DNA of 64,000 bases, taken from an uncultured Planctomycetota bacterium (GTDB lineage: Bacteria > Planctomycetota > Planctomycetia > Isosphaerales > Isosphaeraceae). Of this stretch, positions 9,229-17,875 are shown one piece after another. Numbering within the stretch: position 1 is the first letter of the stretch; each line of letters begins with the position of its first letter. The notes beneath the pieces were generated by a model. It had not been told where the DNA came from. It searched no databases and saw only the letters and a program-made list of their open reading frames with translations. A program made the position numbers and the translations under genes. The DNA lies in the NCBI GenBank assembly GCA_963737655.1, contig CAVTTN010000002.1:6048001-6112000 (forward strand), written 5' to 3'.

Positions 9229-10149
9229 ATGAGTCTGCTCTCTCAGGGATCGACGGGTCAAGAGGTGAAGAACCTCCAGGTTGCCCTGAATTACCACCTG
9301 CCCAGGGCCCCGACCCTCGTCGTCGACGGGGCGTTCGGGCCGCGGACGGCCGCCCTCGTCGTGCAGTTCCAGAGGCTTCACGGGCTGGGGGTGGATGGGT
9401 TGGTCGGGCCCGAGACGTCGGCGGCGCTGTATAGCTTCGTCACGCTGTCCCATCATCTCCTGCCGGTGGGTTATGGCCTGGCGGCCCGGTCGGCGGCGCT
9501 GCTGGCGTTCTCGATCGGGGGGGATGACCCGCCGTCGCCGGACCCCTCGCCGTTCCCGTTCCCGCCGCTGCCTCCGCTCCAACTGCCGTTCCCGAACAGC
9601 GTCCCGCCGTTGCCGTCGTTCCTCCAGCCGCCGCGATTGCAGCTGGACCCCTCGCTGTTCCCGTTCTCCCAGAACGTGGAATTCGAGCTGGAGGCCGGGC
9701 AGGAGACCAGCTTCAAGAGGAACCTGAGCACCGGCCAGACCGACCGCGAGGTCGCCCTGGCCACCGACCTGAAGGCGACGGTCTGGAGCGCGCCGATCGG
9801 CAAGCACCTGGAGGTCTCCGGCGGGGGCGGGTTCCTGATCGAGAAGCGGGTCCGGCCGTCGCCGCAGACCGAAGTGAGCGTTTATATCTTCGCCAAGGCC
9901 GAGACCAAGGACATCCTCAAGCTCGGCCCCCTGGAGATCGCCAAGATCGAGGCCGAGGCGCAGGTCGACCCCAAGGCGTTCGCCCAGGGCCCGCCGGACA
10001 TGTCCGCCACGCTGACCGTCGGACCCGAGGTCGAGACCCTCGGCGGCAAGCTGACCTTCGGGCCCGGCGCCTATCTCGAATACAAGACCAACGGGACGGT
10101 GCATACCTTGACCCCCGGGGTGAAGATCTCGGGGACGTGGCATTTCTAG
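9229..10149 (+). CDS. Peptidoglycan-binding domain protein with Pro-rich linker and beta-rich C-terminal domain
   Basis: PG_binding_1-type pattern GSTGQEVKNLQVAL...VDGAFGPRT...FQRLHGLGVDGLVGPET; ends in VKISGTWHF. Confidence 0.85.
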   Translation: MSLLSQGSTGQEVKNLQVALNYHLPRAPTLVVDGAFGPRTAALVVQFQRLHGLGVDGLVGPETSAALYSFVTLSHHLLPVGYGLAARSAALLAFSIGGDDPPSPDPSPFPFPPLPPLQLPFPNSVPPLPSFLQPPRLQLDPSLFPFSQNVEFELEAGQETSFKRNLSTGQTDREVALATDLKATVWSAPIGKHLEVSGGGGFLIEKRVRPSPQTEVSVYIFAKAETKDILKLGPLEIAKIEAEAQVDPKAFAQGPPDMSATLTVGPEVETLGGKLTFGPGAYLEYKTNGTVHTLTPGVKISGTWHF

Positions 10150-10318
10150 GGCCGCGACGGGCACGAGGGAAGACACAGGAACGACGGGGACCCGCCGTCG
10201 TCTCCATGTCTTCGTCGGGTCCCGCCTGGGCCGACAAGAGGCCCTCTCAGGTTCGGGATCTTGGTCATGATCCCGGTCATGACCAATCGCCTGACCGTCC
10301 GCCTGGTCCGATGGAGGA

Positions 10319-11866
10319 TCACGGGCGCAGTTCCCAGGCGTCGAGCGACCGGAGCCGGGCCGGGCCTCCGGTCGCGAAGAGCTCGACCCCGAGGCTGGCG
10401 GGCGCGGGGAAGACCTGATCGGTCAGGACGGCCCGGCCGCCGTCGGCGAACACCTCGACCGAGGTGGCGTCGAGGACGACGTGGAGCTGCACCGGACCCT
10501 GGAATGTGCCCGGGGCGAGGCTCGCGGAGTGGCGGCCGGCGAAGTGCGGGCTGAAGCCGACGGCCCCGGAGCGCGTCCGGTCCACGAACACCGTGCCCGA
10601 GCGGCGATCGAACCCGATCGCGGTCTCCTCGCCGTTTCCGCAGCGGACCTTGATCCCGAATTCCCCGGCATCGCCGCCGTCGAACTCGGCGAGGATCTCC
10701 ATCGAGGCCCCCGCGATGCCGTCCCCTCGAAGGGACGTCGATCCGGCGGGCATCGGGCGGGCGGCGAGGGCGTGGTGGTCGCGCCGGAGCGTCTTCAAGG
10801 TCTCCACCGGGGCCTGGACGATGCGGAAACCGTCGTCCGTCTTGCGGAGCGAGACGGTCCGGGGGATCGTCATGGCCCCTCGCCAGGGCGCGGTCGGGAT
10901 CTCGTTGGCGTATTGCCAGTTGTTCATCCAGGCGATCCAGACCGGGCGAGCCCCGGGGGCGTCGTTCCAGGTCTGCGAGGCGTAAAAATCCTTGCCGAAG
11001 TCGATCCAGAGGGGATCGTCGGTCTTCCCCTCGGCGCGGAATGACGTGCCGTCGAACCGGCCGACGAAGTACTGGCCGCCCGAGCCGCCGAACGGCGCGC
11101 CGTCATTGACATCGACCTTGAGGACCCATCGGGTCTCGCCGTCGTCGCCGTTTTCCACGGGGGCCTCGAACAGCTCGGGACATTCCCAGACGCCCTTGGC
11201 GGAGCCGGCGGGGCCGAAGTCGCCGAGCGGCTCCCAGGCCTTGAGGTCCTTCGAGCCCCAGAGGCGGACCTTGCGATCGTCGGCCAGGACGGTGGCCATG
11301 ATCCAGCGATCGGTCGGCCCGTGGCGGAAGACCTTGGGGTCGCGGAACGAGTTGGAGTGGAGGTCGAGCACGGGGTTGCCGGGGAACTTCGCCCAGGTCC
11401 GGCCGCGATCGGTGCTGGAGGCGAGGTTCTGCGTCTGCGTCTTGTGGCCGTCTCCGGTGTAGACGGCGACCATCGGCGGAGAGTCCGGGCGGCCGAGGCC
11501 CGAGGTGTTCTTCGCGTCGAAGACCGCGCTGCCGGAGAAGATCATGATGCCGTCCTGCTCCCGGAGGGCGATGGGAAGATGTTCCCATCGCAGGAGGTCG
11601 CGGCTGACGGCGTGGCCCCAGCTCATGTGGCCCCAGCGGTCTCCCTCGGGGTTGTGCTGGTAGAACAGGTGGTACTCGCCATCGAGGAAGACCAGCCCGT
11701 TGGGGTCGTTGATGAAGTTTCGGGGGGGCGTGAAGTGGAACCGAGGGCGAGGGCCTTCGGGGCCGTCGGCCCGGGCGAGGGGGCCGGCCCCGAGGCCGAT
11801 CGCGGCGAAACAGGCGGCGAGGATCGCGGTGCGCATGAGGTGTTTCCCCGGGGTTCGAAGGCTCAT
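10319..11866 (-). CDS. Secreted GH32 beta-fructosidase/levanase (start 11866 or 11836)
   Basis: FINDPNG, WGHAVS, FRDPKV and WECPEL catalytic motifs, a C-terminal beta-sandwich (SVEVFADGG) and signal peptide MRTAILAACFAAIGLGAGPLARA. Confidence 0.95.
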   Translation of the reverse strand: MSLRTPGKHLMRTAILAACFAAIGLGAGPLARADGPEGPRPRFHFTPPRNFINDPNGLVFLDGEYHLFYQHNPEGDRWGHMSWGHAVSRDLLRWEHLPIALREQDGIMIFSGSAVFDAKNTSGLGRPDSPPMVAVYTGDGHKTQTQNLASSTDRGRTWAKFPGNPVLDLHSNSFRDPKVFRHGPTDRWIMATVLADDRKVRLWGSKDLKAWEPLGDFGPAGSAKGVWECPELFEAPVENGDDGETRWVLKVDVNDGAPFGGSGGQYFVGRFDGTSFRAEGKTDDPLWIDFGKDFYASQTWNDAPGARPVWIAWMNNWQYANEIPTAPWRGAMTIPRTVSLRKTDDGFRIVQAPVETLKTLRRDHHALAARPMPAGSTSLRGDGIAGASMEILAEFDGGDAGEFGIKVRCGNGEETAIGFDRRSGTVFVDRTRSGAVGFSPHFAGRHSASLAPGTFQGPVQLHVVLDATSVEVFADGGRAVLTDQVFPAPASLGVELFATGGPARLRSLDAWELRP

Positions 11867-13270
11867 TCGATGCCCAGCGTCTTCTGGATCTCTTCGAGGG
11901 GGACGCCCTTGGTCTCGGGCATCAGGAACAGGGCCCACAGCAGTTGCAGGGCCATCATCGCCGCGTAGAAGGCGAAGGCATGGCCGCCGGAGCTCCGGGC
12001 GATCAGGGGGAACGTCCAGGTGATCAGGGCGGCCATGACCCAGTGAGTCGTGCTCCCCAGGGCCTGCCCCTTGGCGCGGACGCGGTTGGGGAAGATCTCG
12101 CTGATGAACACCCAGATCACCGCCCCCTGGCCGAACGCATGGGCCGCGATGAACAGGAGCAGGCCCCCGAGGACGACCGCCGAACCCGTCGCGGTGAACT
12201 CGGTCCCATACGTGTAGAAGGCCCACGCCGTCGCCCCCAGGCTGACGAGGTAGCCGGCCGAGCCGATCAGGATCAGCTTGCGACGGCCGATCCGGTCGAT
12301 CACCGTCATGGCCAGCATCGTGAACAGGAGGTTCGTCCCGCCCACGGCCACGGATTGCAGCAACGCCGAGTCCTTGCCCGCGCCGGCCATCTCGAAAATC
12401 TTCGGCGGCGTAATACATGAGCGCGTTGATCCCCGAGAGTTGATTGAACATCGCGATGGCCACGGCCAGGAAGATCGGCCGGCGATACTCCCATCGGAAC
12501 AGGGAGTCCGACCCGTGATGGTGCGAGAGGTCGAGCGATCGCCGGATGTCCTCGACCTCCTCGTCGATCCCCGGGCCATCGACGCCCAGCCTCGCCAGGA
12601 CGGCCCTGGCCTCCTCGACCCGGCCTCGGGCCATCAGCCATCGGGGGCTTTCCGGGGTGGGGAACAGCAGGAGGAAGAACGCGGCCGACGGGATGACCTG
12701 GACGCCCAGCATCCATCGCCATTCCGACGCGCCCAGATTCAGTCGCGCGATCAAGTAATTCGACAGGAACGCGACCAGGATGCCCAGGACGACGTTGAAT
12801 TGCTGGGCCGCCACCAGCCGGCCGCGCACCCTCGCCGGGGAGATCTCCGCGATGTACAGCGGCGAGACGACCGAGGCCCCGCCGACGGCGAGCCCTCCCA
12901 GGGCGCGGAAGGCCAGGAACGAATACCAGTCCCACGCCAGGGCGCTGCCCAGGGCCGAGACGAAATAGAGGACCGCCAGGACCATCAGGGCCTTCTTCCG
13001 GCCCCACGAATCGGCGGGCTTTCCCGCGAAGATCGAGCCGACGATGGTGCCGACCAGGGCGATGGCGACGGTGATCCCCAGGAGGTTTTCGCTCAGATGA
13101 TACGTCGTCTTGATCGCCTCGGTGGTGCCCGAGATCACGGCCGTGTCGAAGCCGAACAGGAGGCCGCCGAGGGCCGCCACGATCGCGCTGCCGATCAGGA
13201 CCGGGGTGACCGAGACCCGGGCCGGGGGCCGGGTCGCGTCCCCGGCCGGTCGAACGTCGGTGGGAATCAC
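11863..13270 (-). CDS. Sugar porter family MFS transporter; apparent frameshift near 12405
   Basis: GGLLFGFDTAVISG, DSWGRK, YIAEISP, PESPRWL, NQLSGIN, IDRIGRR and PETKG, spread over two frames that join at ~12405 (YYA/PKIFEMAG). Confidence 0.93.
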
Positions 13271-14172
13271 GGGAGGGCCTCCGTCTCGGGGTCCGGGGGG
13301 AACTTCAACGCATCGGGCAGGGTGGGCGTGCCCCCGGGCTGGGAGCAGACGAACGCGGCGACCTCGTTGGCATGGCGGTTGATCTCGTGGAGAGGGCGAC
13401 CGAGCAGGAGGCCGACGACCAGGGCCGCCGTGAAGGCGTCGCCGGCGCCGATCGTGTCGCGGACCGAGACGGCCGAGCCCGGATGCTCGGACCATTCGCC
13501 GCCGGACCGCAGCAGGCTGCCGTGGGGGCCTCTCGTCAGCGCCACGAGCGACAGGCCGAAGCGGTCGGCCAGCTCGGTCATCGCGGTTTTCGGGTCCGCC
13601 GAGAGGCCGAACATCGCCGCGAGCTCGGGCAATTCCTGGTCGTTGAGCTTCAGGGCGCTGGCCAGCTCCAGGGACTCGGCGATCACGTCGCGATCGACGA
13701 ACGGGGGGCGGAGGTTCACGTCGAGGAGGCGCAGGGCCCCGGGTCGGCTGGCCGAGACGATCGCCCGGATCGCCGATCGCGACGGCCCTTCGCGTTGCGA
13801 GAGGCTGCCGAAGCAGACCGCCCCGGCCCGGGCCGCGCGATCGAGGGCCGCCGGGCCCGCCTCGATCCGGTCCCAGGCGACGTGCTCCCGGATCGTGAAT
13901 CGCGGCTGGCCGTCGGCGGCGAGCTCGACGTCGACGGTCCCGGTGGGGAGCTCGGGATCGACCTGGACCGTCTCGGTCGGGAGGCCGAGCCCTCGGAATC
14001 GTTCCAGGACCTCGCGCCCCAGGGGATCGGCGCCGACCCGGGTGATCAGCGCCGCGTCGGCGCCCAGCGATCGGCATTGATACGTGAAATTGGCCGGTGC
14101 GCCGCCGAGCTGCTTGCCCGTCGGCAGCAGATCCCAGAGCACTTCGCCCACGGCGAGGATCGGAGGACTCAT
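13267..14172 (-). CDS. PfkB family carbohydrate kinase, probably fructokinase
   Basis: GEVLWD, GGAPANF, DVNLRPP and DTIGAGDAF motifs; first gene of the operon with the sugar porter and GH32. Confidence 0.93.
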   Translation of the reverse strand: MSPPILAVGEVLWDLLPTGKQLGGAPANFTYQCRSLGADAALITRVGADPLGREVLERFRGLGLPTETVQVDPELPTGTVDVELAADGQPRFTIREHVAWDRIEAGPAALDRAARAGAVCFGSLSQREGPSRSAIRAIVSASRPGALRLLDVNLRPPFVDRDVIAESLELASALKLNDQELPELAAMFGLSADPKTAMTELADRFGLSLVALTRGPHGSLLRSGGEWSEHPGSAVSVRDTIGAGDAFTAALVVGLLLGRPLHEINRHANEVAAFVCSQPGGTPTLPDALKFPPDPETEALP

Positions 14173-14340
14173 GATCGGAACGACCGTGCGTTGACCCCTC
14201 CCGATCGGGGACCGGGGACCTCCTCGCCGGCCCGGGAGAGGGACCGTGCCTGGCTCGAATCGGCGTCGCTTCGATGGACGTCTGGGGAGGGCCTCGCTCG
14301 CCATAGGCTATGCGAGGTTCCTTGACGTTTCAAGGGCAAT

Positions 14341-14381
14341 TTGTCATGATCTTGTCATGACAATTCCGCCTCCTGTCATGA
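14341..14381. promoter_or_regulatory. Candidate operator array for the adjacent GntR-family regulator
   Basis: Perfect palindrome TTGTCATGACAA at 14352-14363, with partial copies TTGTCATGA at 14341-14349 and TGTCATGA at 14374-14381, in the divergent intergenic region. Confidence 0.65.
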
Positions 14382-15496
14382 GCGATCCCATGTCCACCGT
14401 GCCCAAGCATCACCGGGTCTCTCAGGAGCTGCTCGCCGAGATCGCGGCGGGGAAATATGCCCCGTCGGGCCGGTTGCCGAGCGAGGCGCAGCTGGTGGAG
14501 CGGTTCGGGGTCTCCCGGCCGACGATCGCCCGGGCCTTGCGGGACCTCCAGGAGCGCGGGCTGGTGGAGCGTCGCGTCGGCTCGGGGAGCTTCGTGAGGG
14601 CCTCGTCGGGGACGGACGAGGCCCACCGGCGGTTCGGCCTGCTGGTGCCCGGGTTGGGGACCACGGAGATCTTCGAGGTGATCTGCGGGGAGATCGCCGG
14701 TCTCGCCCGGGTCCACGGCTACTCGGTCCTCTGGGGGAGCACCCGGCATCGCCCCCAGGACGCGGTCAGCGCCGAGGGGGCGGAAGACCTCTGCGAGCAG
14801 TTCATCCGGGGGCAGGTCGCGGGCGTCTTCTTCGCCCCGTTCGAGCACACCGCCGACCGCGAGGCCCTGAATCGCGGCCTGGCCGAGAAGCTGAGGAGGG
14901 CGGGGATCGCCGTCGTCCTGCTCGATCGCGACCTCGGCGCGTTCCCCGATCGCAGCGAGTTCGACCTCGTGGGCGTGGATAACTTCGCCGGGGGCTACCG
15001 GCTGGCCGACCACCTGATGAAGCTGGGCTGCCGGTCGATGGCCTTCGCGGTCCGGCCGATGTCGGCGCCGACGGTCAACGCGAGGATCGCCGGGGCCCGG
15101 GAGGCGATCCTCGATCGAGGGCGGCCCGTGCCCTCCGGATTCGTCCGCCAGGGCGACCCGGACGACCCCGAGTTCGCCCGGGGGTTCACCGGCAAGGGCC
15201 GGGTGGACGCCGTCCTCGGCGCGAACGACGACGTCGCGGCCCTCCTCCTGCGGTCGCTCGCGAGGGCCGGCCTCCGCACTCCGGACGACGTCCGGGTCGT
15301 CGGCTTCGACGACGTCCGGCACGCCACGATGCTGTCGGTCCCCTTGACGACGATGCACCAGCCCTGCCGGGAGATCGCGATCGTGGCCGTCCGGGCCATG
15401 CTCGACCGGATCGCCGACCCGACGCTCCCGGCTCGCGGCCTGGCGCTCTCGCCCTCGCTGGTCGTCCGCGAATCGTGCGGGGCGTACCTCGGCTGA
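14378..15496 (+). CDS. GntR-family regulator with LacI-type sugar-binding domain (AraR-like; start 14378 or 14390)
   Basis: wHTH motif RLPSEAQLVERFGVSRPTIARAL and C-terminal VVGFDD...LTTMHQP; divergent from the fructokinase operon. Confidence 0.93.
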   Translation: MSDPMSTVPKHHRVSQELLAEIAAGKYAPSGRLPSEAQLVERFGVSRPTIARALRDLQERGLVERRVGSGSFVRASSGTDEAHRRFGLLVPGLGTTEIFEVICGEIAGLARVHGYSVLWGSTRHRPQDAVSAEGAEDLCEQFIRGQVAGVFFAPFEHTADREALNRGLAEKLRRAGIAVVLLDRDLGAFPDRSEFDLVGVDNFAGGYRLADHLMKLGCRSMAFAVRPMSAPTVNARIAGAREAILDRGRPVPSGFVRQGDPDDPEFARGFTGKGRVDAVLGANDDVAALLLRSLARAGLRTPDDVRVVGFDDVRHATMLSVPLTTMHQPCREIAIVAVRAMLDRIADPTLPARGLALSPSLVVRESCGAYLG

Positions 15497-15557
15497 GTCG
15501 GGGCGGGCCTGGTAGACTGGGCCGCGTTGATCCCCGCCCGCCGATGCCCCGAAAGAG

Positions 15558-17330
15558 ATGCCCATGAGCCTCGGACCGCTGTTCCGTCGCGAGTTCCGGG
15601 CCGCGACGAGCGGACGTCGGACCTATCTCTATCGCGTCTTCGTGGCGGGGCTGCTCCTGCTGGCGGCGGGCGTGGTCGGCGCCGTGATCTTCTCGATGGA
15701 CCCGACGCGGGAGGAGGACTGGGACCGCACCACGGTCTTCGGCCAGGCGGCGTTCGTCGCGGTCTTCGGCGGGGAGTTGCTGGTCCTGGCCTTCCTCGTG
15801 CCGGCCCTGGTGGGGGCCGCCGTGGCCGAGGAGCGCCAGAAGGACACGCTGCCCTCGCTCCTGCTGAGCAAGCTCCGGCCGATCGAGATCGTGACGACCA
15901 AGCTCATCGCCCGCGGCCTCCCCGCCCTGAGCCTGGCGCTCACCGGCCTCCCCCTGCTGGTGGCGACGGCCTATCTCGGCGGCCTGGAGGTCCAGTTCCT
16001 GCTGGCGATGGCGGTGCTCGGGTCGAGCTGGCTGCTGATGGCGGCGCTGTCGATCCTGGCCTCGGCGGCCCGCGACCAGGCGGCGACGGCCCGCGCCCAG
16101 GCGACGGCCTGGGTCCTGGCCTGGTTCGTCCTCCTGCCGTTCCTGACCGTCCTGCCGGTCCGCTCCAACACGCTCTGGGGCGGGCTCCTGGGCGAGATCG
16201 GCGCGCTTTGCTCCTACATCGCCCCGGGCAGCCCGCTGTGGCTGGTGATCGATCGGAGCTGGTATTTCCGGCCGGAGGTGATGGACCTGGCCGGCAAGGT
16301 TGGCGTCATGATCGGCATCCAGGCGATCGTGGCGGTCCTGGCGACGGTCCACGCGGCGAGCTACCTGAAGGCCCGCGATCGCCATCCCAACTGGCTCGAT
16401 CCCACGAGGGGCTACCGCCCTCCGTGCGGCGACGACCCGATCTTCTGGAGGGAGTACGAGCTGCCGATGCGTCGAGGGGGCGGCTCGGTCCTCGCCCTGA
16501 GGCTCCGCACGGTCCGGGTCTTGATCCTGGCCATCCTCATCAATGCCCTGGCGCTGGTGGCCATCGCCCTGGTCCTGGCCATGCCGATCGGCCTGCTGTT
16601 CGCGACGATCTATTACGGCGTCCCGGCGTTCCAGGAATACTGGCGGCTGGGGGCGGCCGGGCCGTTCACCGAGAGGACTCGCTTCAACCTGGTCGTCCGG
16701 GTCGCGACCGGGATCTTCGCCCTGGTGCCGGCGATGAGCCTGGGGACGGTCATCTCGGGGAAGATCACGGCCGAGCGCGACAAGAAGACGTGGGATGCCC
16801 TCCTGACGACCCCGTTGAGCGGCGAGGAGATCCTCCGGTCCAAGGCGAAGGCCGCGCTCCACGGCTTCTGGCAGTCGGCGTGGCCGGTGCCGATCGTCTG
16901 GGTCCTCGGCCTGGCCTGCGGGGTGGTGATGCCCCTGCCCCTGCTCCTGGTCGCGATCGACGTGCCCCTGTTCGCCTGGCTGAGCCTGGCGCTCGGGTTC
17001 TTCGGGAGCCTGAAGCCCCAGCCCGCGGGCCCCGCGTCGAGCCGGCTTTCCATGCTGACGATGCTGATGTTCCTGATCCAGATCGCGGTGATGGGCGCCT
17101 CGCTGGTCGCGCCCTGGGAATATGCCGTGTTCTCCGGGTGGGACTGGCGGATCCGCTGGGGCGTGGTGCTCGGCGTCCTGGCGGTCGTCGCGGCGACCGG
17201 CCTGATCGCCTGGCGCCTGACCCGCCGGGTCCTCTCGGATTTCGAGGAGTGGGTCGGCCGCCCCCGCGTCGATCCGGCGGCCGGGCCCGGCGGGACGGTG
17301 GCTTCCACGAGCGATCACGTCTCCGCCTAA
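15558..17330 (+). CDS. ABC-2 type permease with duplicated halves (no ATPase gene adjacent)
   Basis: Multiple TM helices and two copies of the motif: AEERQKDTLPSLLLSKL and TAERDKKTWDALLTTPL. Confidence 0.85.
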   Translation: MPMSLGPLFRREFRAATSGRRTYLYRVFVAGLLLLAAGVVGAVIFSMDPTREEDWDRTTVFGQAAFVAVFGGELLVLAFLVPALVGAAVAEERQKDTLPSLLLSKLRPIEIVTTKLIARGLPALSLALTGLPLLVATAYLGGLEVQFLLAMAVLGSSWLLMAALSILASAARDQAATARAQATAWVLAWFVLLPFLTVLPVRSNTLWGGLLGEIGALCSYIAPGSPLWLVIDRSWYFRPEVMDLAGKVGVMIGIQAIVAVLATVHAASYLKARDRHPNWLDPTRGYRPPCGDDPIFWREYELPMRRGGGSVLALRLRTVRVLILAILINALALVAIALVLAMPIGLLFATIYYGVPAFQEYWRLGAAGPFTERTRFNLVVRVATGIFALVPAMSLGTVISGKITAERDKKTWDALLTTPLSGEEILRSKAKAALHGFWQSAWPVPIVWVLGLACGVVMPLPLLLVAIDVPLFAWLSLALGFFGSLKPQPAGPASSRLSMLTMLMFLIQIAVMGASLVAPWEYAVFSGWDWRIRWGVVLGVLAVVAATGLIAWRLTRRVLSDFEEWVGRPRVDPAAGPGGTVASTSDHVSA

Positions 17331-17875
17331 ACAAGCAAATTGCGTGGGATGCTCTGATATGTTTTGTGATGATTCCTCAGGGAATGCACTCGTGTTCCGC
17401 GGACGTTGAGCGGGCGCGACGCCGCGATTATTTTTGCGAAAATTGCCATTATTCGCTTGCATGGCCGCGTTGCCCGACGCAAGAATCCCGCTCGTCCGCC
17501 CGATCTCGATCGTTCGCCGACTTTCCGGGGGCCGGCCATTTCGCCGAGAGCGCCCGCTCGCCGCCCCGAGTGCCCCTTGCGTGGTCCGAGGTCCGTTTGG
17601 AATTGTAAGGCGAAGATCGTTCGTCCGTTCCGCCCCTCCGTGGTCTGATTCGGGAGCCCCGCGAATTCGAGTCTCCGGCATCCGCCGCCCTTCCGGCGGC
17701 CGATGTTCGGCGGGTCGCGGTGTCTCCCCTCGCCTCGTCCGTCCTTTGAGTTGACGAAACCGACGCGCCGGCCTCCCGGAGGCCGGTCGCCCGGGTCGGC
17801 CGCGACCCGAGGCCGGCGCGCGGCCCGTTCTCGCCCTCGGTGCTCGATGACGCATCCTCGACGGAGACGCCGACC

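Noticed and set aside
8636..10210. 12-nt inverted match (GACATGGAGACG / CGTCTCCATGTC) flanking the PG-binding gene
   Set aside because: Too short, with no target-site duplication or transposase; compatible with chance.
10319..14077. 1252-aa ORF suggesting a transporter-GH32 fusion
   Set aside because: Artefact of the frameshift near 12405, which runs the transporter's first half through an off-frame stretch into GH32. GH32 has its own signal peptide and ATGA-coupled start.
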